From assembly GCA_040285825.1 (NCBI GenBank), contig JAUPSS010000009.1, positions 372,001-436,000 on the forward strand: 64,000 nt of DNA, in the 5' to 3' direction. Source of the stretch: Eukaryota sp. TZLM1-RC (Eukaryota > Protista > Metamonada: BaSk clade). The notes under the pieces were generated by a model. It was not told where the DNA came from and did no database searches. It was given only the letters and a program-made list of their open reading frames with translations. The translations under genes were made by a program, and so were the position numbers. Shown here in pieces: positions 54,990 to 64,000 of this stretch. Position 1 is the stretch's first letter, and every line of letters begins with the position of its first letter.

Positions 54990-55846
54990 AGCCGTGGAAG
55001 GTTGCTGACAGTGAAATATGATGAATCGTCTTTTGTCTAAAGAGCCACCTTTGGGGATTAGACATAGAAATGATTGAACAGATATTTATAGTGATATCCT
55101 TAATTCTAATTTGTTAAATTGATTCTAACTTCAATTTTTGAAACTGTACACCTACCAAAAAAAACTCGTAACTAATGGGACTAAATTCATTGAACGAACA
55201 GTTCCTCTATAAAATATTGAAATCTTCTAAGTTATAAATTACATAAATCTTTGATTTATATTTAGTTCGCTTTTTTACACTTGAATGAAGCCACTTACGT
55301 TTTTTCTTATAATAATGTTATTAGCGTGTCTGTACTTTCAGCGCATTCTCAGGTAACATGTCAATAATTGTAATTTTTAAAGCAAGTACTTGGTTCACTC
55401 TTCATCAAGAATTAATTATGTAGGAAATTTTTCTCACATGTCCACGACAAAATAAAAGAGTTGAGGTTCACTTGACATAGTTCAAACAGTGTAATTTGAA
55501 TATTTTGTTGTAGAGGTTCTAAAGATTTTTTGAAAGCGAATCTTGGTTTAATGAATATCGCCCTTTATCTTGAAGATTGCCATGTTGAGTGTTACATTAA
55601 ACTAAACTAAATTTTAGGACTACATTAAGTTTTGTTGTGAAATCCCAAAATATTTCAGTTTCTATGAAAAAACTAGTGATAAAATATACAATGCCAATAC
55701 TTCTCAGGGTGGAAGATCTACATTAGAAGCTGTTGTTCAGAGCACGGCTGCACTTATAGAATAATTGTTGTTTGACAATTATACAAAACTTTTCAAAACT
55801 CAATCCCTCCACAACTCAATCCTATCCACAGACATCATTTGTATCA

Positions 55847-58426
55847 ATGAGTGCTCTTGAGACCCTACGCCGTTTAAAGCAAAACAAGGGTGGTTCACCT
55901 GCTGCCGAAGAAACTACCCCTAACCGTTTGGCTCGTTTAGCAGCTTTCCGCAAAGCTCGTCAAATGTCTGCTAACGAGGGTTCCCAAGACCAAGATCCAG
56001 ATACTCCTATTCTTTCTGAACAATCCAACGAAGCACTTTCTCCCCCCTCAAAGGAAGCCGCATGTCCAGTCCATTCTTTCCCCTCACCTGCTCTAGATGC
56101 TACAAGCCCTCGCTCCTCACACCGCGGCTCTCGCGTCGAACCTCTTATGGAGGAAGAGAAAATCCAAATCTCTAATGAACGGTCCCACTTCAATGCACCC
56201 CTCGAACTAATCTCCGAAGTAGATCGCCTCAGAGATGCCCTGAAAGAGTCCCAACGAAATCACGAACTTGCCGTCGACCAAATCAGAGAGTCCGAAAGCC
56301 AGCGTTATGAGAAGCTCTCAACTGAACGTAACGATCTTTGGATGCAAATAGAAGACCTTCGCCAGAAGATTCTGACAACAGAACGTGACTATGAAGCTAA
56401 ACTATCAGAACAACGTGAAGGTTTCGAGACTTCTATTGAGCAGCTCAAAAAGGAACGTGATGATGCTTGGAAAAAGATTGAAGAGCTCCAACTCAAAATT
56501 CACGATGTACAGACTTCACTTGAAGCTCGCATAACTGAACTCCACGAAGCTGAAGCATCTAAAATCGACGGCATCGTTTCTGAACGTGAACAGGTTTGGT
56601 TGCAGAATGAAGATCTTCGTCAGCAGCTAGCTAGAGTTCAATCGCAATACGAAACTATGATTCATGATATTAGGCAATTTGAAAGTGAACGTTTTGAGTC
56701 TCTGTTGGCTGAAAAACAGAAATTGGTAACTGATTTCGAGGAGGAGAAGAATCTTTTATTGCAAGAAAATGACAAGAAAGATTCTACTCATAAGGAGGCT
56801 TTGGAATCTTTGACTGAAGAGTTTAACGCCAAGATTAGTGATCTTGAAGCTCAAAACCAGTTGGAAAAAGAACAGCAAATGGCAAAGCTTGAGGTTCGTG
56901 AAAAAGAGCTCATCGAACAATTACAATCAGCTCAGAACAACTTTGACTATTTGATAAGCTGTGAACGTCAACGTATTGATAAAGAAATTTCCCAATCAAG
57001 GAGTTTATTTGAAGAACGTGAGTTGGCGCTTCAAGCTCAAATCAAGGCTGAAAGAGATCAACTTCGTGAAACCTTGCTAGAAGAAGAAGCAATTCAAGCT
57101 GCTGCCAAATTGGATTTTGAGAATAAAGCACGTGAGCGATATGAAGAATTAGTTCTTAAGGCCAGAGATCAGCTTAAGGATCACTATGAGGATCAATTGG
57201 AAACTCTGACTGCCAAAGTTGACGAGTTGATGACCGACAGAGCTCAATTTGAACAGAATTTGATTGAACAAAGTCAGGAAAAGCTTGATGCTCTCACCGC
57301 AAAGTATGAGGGCCTTTTAGAGGAGCGAGCTGCTTTGAACTCTGAAAATGATGCTAAATTACGCTGTTTGCTTGAAGAAAAGGACAGAGAAAGCCAAGAA
57401 AAGATCGATACACTGACTGCCAAATACGAGGCTATTATAGACGAACAGAGCAAGGTCCATGCAGAAAGTGAAGCCAAACTTCGTGATTTGATTGAGGAAA
57501 CAGATCTTGAAAGTCAAACTGATCGTATTGCTTTTGAAGAACGTATCCTCAATCAAGCAAATGAAAGAATTGTGCAGTCCAGACAAGCCACCCAGGAACT
57601 ACTGGACTCAATGTCTGCTAGTTTGGAGGAAGAAAGATCTGAAAAAGGGAAGCTTGAGTGTCAGGTTGTCTATCTTGAGCAAAAACTCCGCAAAGTCAAA
57701 CATGCTGCTCTCTTGTGGAGATCTGATTATCAGAAGAACACCAGAAGTGAGGTTGAAAAATTAATGAAGTCCATTGAGACTAGGGTCGTGCAACATCAAC
57801 AATACCTGGATAATCTCCAATTGCAAGAACAAGAAGAACGTTTGGCTGCTGAAATTAGGCAACAAGAACGTGAGGTTGCCGAACAGACAATCAGAAAAGA
57901 ATTAGAACATCAGAAAAGATTGGACGAAGAAAAAAGAATGCAAGAAGAATCCCAACAATTGCAAAAGGTTAAGGAATCTGAAACTGCTCTTGTTTCTTTG
58001 AAGAAACAAGCCCATGAGTTATGGAAAGTTTTGGAAATTCCTGCTGAAGATTTGGTTGAGTTCTTGATGGATGTTGATTCTAATGCTCCTTATGAACCTT
58101 CCATCCATAATCTCTATTCCAAGGAAGTTGAACGTCTTTCTGATCTAGTACCTTTAATGGAAACTATCACTAGAAGAGAATTTATTAAGTATAGAATTCG
58201 AGAATTTAACAAGTCTGCTTCTAATCCTGACCGTCTTTTCTCTGGGGACTCATCTAGATTAATCAGGGAGGAGAAACACCGTAAAGAATTCTTGAGGGAA
58301 TTGCACAGATTAAATGAAGAATTGGCCAATAATGTCCCTGGTTTTGAAAATAAGTATGGTAAGCCTTTGATCTATAAGGGTAAATCTATCAGAGAGGAAG
58401 TTTTGAAGGATTTGAGGTCGATGTAG
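55847..58426 (+). CDS. Long coiled-coil protein with a C-terminal MAP65/Ase1/PRC1-type microtubule-binding domain
   Basis: ELWKVLEIP, RREFIK...SASNPDRLF...RLIREEKHRK...FENKYGKPLIYKG; first ATG at 55847. Confidence 0.7.
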   Translation: MSALETLRRLKQNKGGSPAAEETTPNRLARLAAFRKARQMSANEGSQDQDPDTPILSEQSNEALSPPSKEAACPVHSFPSPALDATSPRSSHRGSRVEPLMEEEKIQISNERSHFNAPLELISEVDRLRDALKESQRNHELAVDQIRESESQRYEKLSTERNDLWMQIEDLRQKILTTERDYEAKLSEQREGFETSIEQLKKERDDAWKKIEELQLKIHDVQTSLEARITELHEAEASKIDGIVSEREQVWLQNEDLRQQLARVQSQYETMIHDIRQFESERFESLLAEKQKLVTDFEEEKNLLLQENDKKDSTHKEALESLTEEFNAKISDLEAQNQLEKEQQMAKLEVREKELIEQLQSAQNNFDYLISCERQRIDKEISQSRSLFEERELALQAQIKAERDQLRETLLEEEAIQAAAKLDFENKARERYEELVLKARDQLKDHYEDQLETLTAKVDELMTDRAQFEQNLIEQSQEKLDALTAKYEGLLEERAALNSENDAKLRCLLEEKDRESQEKIDTLTAKYEAIIDEQSKVHAESEAKLRDLIEETDLESQTDRIAFEERILNQANERIVQSRQATQELLDSMSASLEEERSEKGKLECQVVYLEQKLRKVKHAALLWRSDYQKNTRSEVEKLMKSIETRVVQHQQYLDNLQLQEQEERLAAEIRQQEREVAEQTIRKELEHQKRLDEEKRMQEESQQLQKVKESETALVSLKKQAHELWKVLEIPAEDLVEFLMDVDSNAPYEPSIHNLYSKEVERLSDLVPLMETITRREFIKYRIREFNKSASNPDRLFSGDSSRLIREEKHRKEFLRELHRLNEELANNVPGFENKYGKPLIYKGKSIREEVLKDLRSM

Positions 58427-58515
58427 GGCTTTTGTTTTGTATTTTAGGTATTTGTTATAATAAACTAGATTTTTGATGTATTTCAAAGCAGATGAAGAAT
58501 TGTTGAAAACTAGGA

Positions 58516-58737
58516 ATGTTGGGAAATTCCTCTTGAGTACACAATCAACTTTCGTGTGGAATATTGATTTATCTGGAATAATTTTACAAAAACTATCTAC
58601 CACACAAATACTAAGGGCTTTCATTACCACTAATTCTGGCTTCAGCAATTGCAAACATATTCTGACAAGCCAGCTGGTTTCTATTGAACAGCTTTGTTGA
58701 ACCATTATTAATGAAATTACAACTCTTACTTGTAAGC
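58516..58737 (-). pseudogene. Second copy of the Fanzor1-like C-terminus plus 3' tail
   Basis: TSKSCNFINNGSTKLFNRNQLACQNMFAIAEARISGNESP*YLCGR* (stop 58593-95); tail ends GGAATTTCCCAACAT. Confidence 0.78.
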
Positions 58738-58832
58738 AAAATGTAGAAAAGTCTCACATTTTCTAAAAGTGTTGGTTGAACAACCCCACAAACAGAACTA
58801 TCTCTATTTGATTGTTTCTACTTGCCTCATAT

Positions 58833-59225
58833 ATGGATCTCTCCAAGCTCGATGTTGACTTTGATTCCTCTGATTCAGAGTCTGAACTAGAAACTATAAC
58901 AGAAAGCGAGTCTGTATCAGTTGATACTTCCATACCACAATCAGAGAACCTATCCGATAAAGGAGAGGACGCATCGGTGGATTCTCTACCTTTTATACCC
59001 TTCAATCAGGGGATGCACGATGTGGCGAGAAAATCTCTACTTTTATATGCAGACTCGCTCTTCATTCCCCTCAACAAGCTGCTGGTTAATTCTGGGTTAT
59101 CGTGTAGCAAAAGAGGTCCTATGGTGTCTAAAATTACAGATAAACTTGGCGAAATAAAGTCAAACATGACTAAAACCATTAATCTAATTGACTCAATGCA
59201 GAGTTATTGGTCACCCACACAATAA
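58833..59225 (+). CDS. Small hypothetical protein with an acidic Ser-rich N-terminus
   Basis: 130-aa ORF with coding-like composition; no recognised motif. Confidence 0.5.
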   Translation: MDLSKLDVDFDSSDSESELETITESESVSVDTSIPQSENLSDKGEDASVDSLPFIPFNQGMHDVARKSLLLYADSLFIPLNKLLVNSGLSCSKRGPMVSKITDKLGEIKSNMTKTINLIDSMQSYWSPTQ

Positions 59226-59694
59226 GTTTTTCAATGTAAATAAAGTTTTTTTTCAGTTTGAATTAATTATCTGGGAAAACACCGAAAGTTCATCCGAAAT
59301 AAAACAGTACTTTCCTTTCCGAGTTCTGGCATATTTTTTGATTGAGCAAAAAGTCAATGTTTTTCAAGGGAAAATGCAGGTATTTTGAATAACAGTAAAT
59401 ACCATCATAGAGATTTAAGAACATACCTAGGCATGATCTTATGAGATCATCACACAACCTACCATGACAACCCTTGTGCCACCTGTTATGACATTCTATA
59501 ACTTTCTGAAATAAAATTTCTCCATTTTCCAACAACTGTATAAAATGTACTCATGTCAACATGACGTTGAAGATAATCTCATGCCCATGTTGACTTTGTA
59601 GTCATAGATAGAGCAACTACATTGCAAATTGTCCCCTATTATGTTACTTTAGAAACTTTGGTGAAATTGAGGTTGAGGTTTTTTATTCTGTACA

Positions 59695-60310
59695 TTATTC
59701 CATTGGTATTAAAGAATTGACCGCTTCATATAGAAATGGTCCTTTTGTATTGACCACATAAGCAATTTCAGGATTGAAATCAACACTTACTGTTGGTAAT
59801 AGTTCCAACGATGCCTTTCTAGTGACAATACCGTCACAGTTGAATAATCTCTTTCCATTACGAGTATAATAGATTTCACCTTCCTTTCCAGGCACCGTGC
59901 GTTCCCTGGAGTTAAACAAAAACACAATGGACAAACCAGCCAATACCCATTACATCACCAACAGTACAGAAATTGGCAGCAGCAGTATGACATCCGTCAT
60001 TGTCAAATATACCACCATCATCAGCATGTATGGCACAACTGTTGTGATACCATCCACACATGCCTTTTGAATATTTTGGAGGTGCAAAACCTAACCCAAG
60101 TATAGGATGTATTCCAGCCTTGATGTGTAATTCAAAATAAATAGATCCATTAGCGAGAATAAGTGGATCGAACTGACAAGATGCCCTTTCATCACCATCA
60201 CCAGAAGATCCTGATGACGTTATTGATCCATCAGGGTGTTGAGTACATTTGAACACAAACACTGGAACTGCAGCAGTAAATGGAGGAGCTGTGGAAGAAG
60301 CAGAAGGCAT
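59695..60310 (-). CDS. SPRY-domain protein (Ssh4/RanBP9-like SPRY), 2 exons; intron 59906-59936
   Basis: YFEL, LGLG, GW...S..IHADDG, GDVMGIGW|...IYYTRNG; removing a 31-nt GT-AG intron gives 194 aa. Confidence 0.85.
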
Positions 60311-61149
60311 ATGTGATATGTGATTTCTAAAGTCGGGTTTCAGAAGCTCGAGAATAGGGTTTCATCATTTTAAAGTTTCAAATGTAAAAAGATATACAAG
60401 TTGGCTTTTCGAGAAATTTTGGTCATATAAATATTTTATTTGGTTGTCGTCACTGCTCCAAAAACTGGTTCCTTTAGGATTTTGTTTGACAAGAAATCAA
60501 TCAAATCAATCAATTTTCTTTAATTGTTGGGTTATGTGCATGTTCGTTCATTAAACTAATATCAATACGGAGTTTATGAACCAGGGTTAACAAAATCAAA
60601 CTATAAAAACTAAAGATCACGTGATTGGAAACGTGATACTTTCCGAAATGGTTTAGCCTAGCTAACATAATCACCCAAACACCAAATTGAAAAGAAACGT
60701 TTAAATGCTGATGCTCATGATGTGAATGAAGTAACAGAATTGGCAAACTTTAACGATGAATGGGCTTGCAGAGATGATGATTTAATTGGAATTAGTTATA
60801 AAAGCCGTGAGTAATTATGCACAGTTTGAACAATGTGTGAGAGAAATTCAAGAACTTTCCTAAACTTTGTTAAAAACTGTCTCCACAAACAAATGCACAA
60901 TGTATCTTGTAATATTAATTGCTCCTTATAAGAAGCACCTATCAAAAAAGGCGAATGTAGTTCACCAGTTCTCACAAACAATAAAGAAACAGAGACCATC
61001 AACTGTTCAACTTTATTAACTAATAATATTAGTGGTGGAATGATGTCAAGAATAGTCGATTACTGCCACTGTAAAGTCTACAGCACTGGTCTACAGTTTG
61101 AGCCAGGTGACAAGACAAACTTATCTACAGCAATCTCCTAACCGTTTTA

Positions 61150-61780
61150 ATGTCAATAGCCATAATTGAAGCCAAGGAAAACTTGAAAGATCAGATTGCA
61201 AATCTCGATGGAATCAGCAAGGAGCAGCAAGAAGCCCACTGGAAAGTGTACATGGAGCATGTAGAGGAAGTGAACAACATGCTGAGAGACCTTAACGAAG
61301 CTCGTAATGCTGGCAAAGATGACCGTTTTATTCAGGCTAGAAGGCGAAGACTAGGTCACGAACTGTCATCCGTATATTTGCATGAAATCTTCTTTTCGTG
61401 TCTAGTCAATGGTGGTAGTCCAATGAGCGAAGAATTGAAATCACTGATACTAAAACACTTTGGTGGACAGGACAATTTCATGGAAGAGCTTGTGTCAAGC
61501 GCAAAGACTAGAGGTATTGGCTGGACAGTTCTGTATTACGATAAGGAACGTGATAACATGTACTTAACACATACTGAAGGTTATGAAAACAGCCAGGTAT
61601 GAGCCTAATGATCACTCATTACAGGTCGCTGGCCTTGGAATAGTATTCTGCCTGGACCATTTTGAACACGGATATCTTATTGACAATGGCAGTGGTCAAG
61701 GAGCTTCAATGAAGTTCTTTGAAACTATTAAGCGTCATATATGCTGGAAATCAGTGGAAGAGCGATTTAAGAGTCTCTAG
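61150..61780 (+). CDS. Fe/Mn superoxide dismutase, bacterial ChrC-like pattern, 2 exons; intron 61597-61624
   Basis: GISKEQQEAHWKVY, RRRLGHE...LHEIFF, RGIGW, LDHFEHGY; metal ligands H/H/D/H present; 200 aa after splicing. Confidence 0.85.
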
Positions 61781-61979
61781 TTGTTCTCAATAAACTTCTA
61801 TCAATGGAATAGTTTATATAGTGGTTCTTTCTTGGTGTAGATACATTTGTGCTGAGTAATTTAGATCAGAATCGACTGAAATGTTAGCCTCAAGTTTATA
61901 ATAGAATCCATTGCTTGAAATCACTGTTGTGTGATTAAGTCAAAACAACTAAATTAATTTAAAAAGACAAAAAAGAAAC

Positions 61980-63077
61980 CTAATCCACTCTACTTTGCTT
62001 CAACGGTGGTTCATCTATACCAACAGCTTTCCTACTCAGATCAACTCTATCGGCAGCTTTGAGGCACATCATGTTAGCATTAAAAGCATTATAACCATAA
62101 CCATCACTAGACCATGCAAATAGAGAATATTTCTTTGGCGAAACCAAACCATTCACTCTTCCGCCAGTCATTATGACAGAATTCTCAAGACTTCTTTTCT
62201 TGAAGCCAGTCATGCCGTTTTTCGTATTACACAGCGAAATCTCATTATCGAGAGATGCAAAATAAATAATATTTGGGTCTGAATAGTCAAATGCAAGATG
62301 AGAAAGTTCATATTTAGAAACATTCTTTACCCTTGAAACAATTGAGCACTTTCCTCGAGGATCAATTACAGAAATGGTTCGAGAAACACCACCAACAGCT
62401 AGCATTGACGACGAAGAAGAAGTGATAGTGTAGAGAGGGTCAGAACAGATCTTGTGACGTGATACTTTTGGATTTTTGATCCGAAGGTCAACAGAAGTCA
62501 AATGACAAGTCTCCAGTAAGTGAACAATATTAGAGTCTTGAATTGTGAAATTATAAATGCAGTCATGAAAGTGCTCTAGTCTCACTGAATCCTGTTCAAC
62601 AATGTCATTAATGGCAAGACTTTTGTTGAATGTTGACGTGCTGAGTGATTGATTATTTGATAGGAATGAAACAGCATGGTAACCGGGAAAAGTTGTATCA
62701 CCATGGTTATAAAGACTGGGAGACGTATCTTTTGTGTTTAAGTTGAGCAGACCTATTTCTCCTGATTGTGTGATTGCAAGAACATTTTCTGATTGACTTG
62801 AGCACGATGTTATTGGAGTGGAGAGAGAAAAGAGCTTAGAATGTGTATATGTACTGGAAACAGTGGTGAGGGTTCGAGTGGAGGCTACGTTTTTAGGAGG
62901 AGCAGGCTTATTGAGAGAACATTCAAAAAGAGATGATCCATTAGCCACGATAAAGTTAGATTCCTGGGTAAAAGCCAGTCTGGTAGCAAAAGGAAAGGAA
63001 GCTTCCACTTGCCCTACTGTTGGAACTAGATGATACGTTGATGCATATGGAAACATCTTGTTTAATAATGAAGTCAT
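61980..63077 (-). CDS. WD40-like beta-propeller protein
   Basis: Beta-rich repeats such as LTSVDLR, LAVGGVSRTISVIDPR and YFASLDNEISL. Confidence 0.65.
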   Translation of the reverse strand: MTSLLNKMFPYASTYHLVPTVGQVEASFPFATRLAFTQESNFIVANGSSLFECSLNKPAPPKNVASTRTLTTVSSTYTHSKLFSLSTPITSCSSQSENVLAITQSGEIGLLNLNTKDTSPSLYNHGDTTFPGYHAVSFLSNNQSLSTSTFNKSLAINDIVEQDSVRLEHFHDCIYNFTIQDSNIVHLLETCHLTSVDLRIKNPKVSRHKICSDPLYTITSSSSSMLAVGGVSRTISVIDPRGKCSIVSRVKNVSKYELSHLAFDYSDPNIIYFASLDNEISLCNTKNGMTGFKKRSLENSVIMTGGRVNGLVSPKKYSLFAWSSDGYGYNAFNANMMCLKAADRVDLSRKAVGIDEPPLKQSRVD

Positions 63078-63252
63078 TTCAACTAATTCACTTTCTCTTT
63101 AAACCTTAAAATCTAAACCAAAACAGAAGGAGATAGTCAACACAAAAATCATCATATAGGAGAAAAATGTACTTAAAGTTGACCCATAATAACAAGTGAC
63201 AAAAAAAGTTTTAGACAAGCTTTTATACAAAATAAATTTACTACAAGCTAAA

Positions 63253-64000
63253 TTATTCGGGTTCGTTTTCATAGCATAAAATGGCAAACACATCAGGGCT
63301 GCTAATCTTAAAGTATTTCTGAGCTCTAGAAGGCCATAAAACCCAGGAAATAACAAGTAGTGACAATAAATTGAAGAACCAAAGGGATCCGTCGACTATT
63401 TTTTCTTGATCATGTACAGGAATTAAAGACCCAATAAAGATAATAACAGGTGCAATCATGAACCAAAACACAAACAACAAACCACCACGATCATATAACT
63501 TTCTCTTTTCGGCAAATGACTCGGATGATCTGGTTTCTGCAAGATTTACCAAGAAATAAAACATGGCAACAATACGAAGACAAACAGAAACATAACCAAA
63601 AATGTTATCATAGCCAAACGTGTGAGTTGCGGGGTCAGTAGCCCATGTTTCTAAAAATAGCAACAAAAGCTCTACACCAACAAATGTACTCAAGAGGGTT
63701 ATTAGCTTAGTTTTGCCACTGAGAAGTGTTGTCGAGACAGCCCAGCCTTTAGAAATCAAAATCAAAAGCAGCATGACGCATAATTCAAAGGAGAGCATAA
63801 ACAGATCAGCTACAAAGTGGAGGAACCTAGTTTCACCACCAGAAGAGGCCAACTTGGCAAAGAAGGCAAAGAAGAACCAAACACCCAGAGCATAGGTTAC
63901 AATCGCTACGGTGAGAATAATGATGAGGGGGTGAAGGTAACTTGTTCCCCATTTGAAGAAGATGGCATAAACCTGCAGAAGGACAAGAATCAAGGAGGTG
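63253..64000 (-). CDS. GPR180/TMEM145-like 7TM protein, 5'-partial
   Basis: LLLILISKGWAV, EKRKLY...WF...P, LWPSRAQKYF; the frame is open to the window edge. Confidence 0.75.
   Translation of the reverse strand, partial: TSLILVLLQVYAIFFKWGTSYLHPLIIILTVAIVTYALGVWFFFAFFAKLASSGGETRFLHFVADLFMLSFELCVMLLLILISKGWAVSTTLLSGKTKLITLLSTFVGVELLLLFLETWATDPATHTFGYDNIFGYVSVCLRIVAMFYFLVNLAETRSSESFAEKRKLYDRGGLLFVFWFMIAPVIIFIGSLIPVHDQEKIVDGSLWFFNLLSLLVISWVLWPSRAQKYFKISSPDVFAILCYENEPE

Noticed and set aside
59290-59535. CHNRWHKGC PHD-like ORF
   Set aside because: Partial motif only, non-ATG start; probably decayed repeat.
1-64000. Alternative genetic code or prokaryotic operon/defence system
   Set aside because: Conserved genes end in TAA, TAG or TGA and lack internal stops. 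Content and introns are eukaryotic. In-frame stops are confined to TE relics. Most short antisense ORFs are shadows of real genes.

Overview
AT-rich, gene-dense eukaryotic DNA using the standard code (TAA, TAG and TGA all serve as stops). It is probably from a free-living flagellated protist. Ciliary-type genes, a photolyase, and tiny introns with a fixed branch-point-to-AG spacing suggest a metamonad-like lineage, which is inference only. About 20 host genes are present: TBC1D31-like, an FG-GAP secreted protein, a dead trypsin-fold protein, an NWE-motif protein, two AEC/PIN-like carriers, UAP1, a divergent class II photolyase, p31comet-like, LPCAT, an ATG22-like MFS, a dead CEPT-like protein, an RCC1-LRR-Sel1 protein, GSAP-like, MAP65-like, SPRY, a bacterial-type Fe/Mn-SOD, WD40 and TMEM145/GPR180-like. 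There are also two tRNA-Val(TAC) genes. These are separated by islands of mobile-element debris: about 7 subfamilies of CRE-like RLE non-LTR retrotransposons, a broken Ty3/Gypsy, a young 1.1-kb gag-only LTR element, a solo LTR, a TIR MITE, and a repeat family with a 2A (StopGo) motif before a Ulp1-like protease start. The main signal absent from the ORF track is five scattered relics of Fanzor1-like (eukaryotic TnpB/OMEGA RNA-guided nuclease) genes. Together they cover the WED, RuvC-I, rearranged RuvC-II/Zn-finger and RuvC-III motifs. Two copies share an Asp-to-Asn change at RuvC-III and a conserved non-coding 3' tail (candidate omegaRNA or element end). A second signal is that unrelated LTR elements share a non-canonical palindromic primer-binding region, GGCA(A/T)CA|ATAATTATTGGCC. 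All family assignments come from motif reading by eye; no database searches were run.
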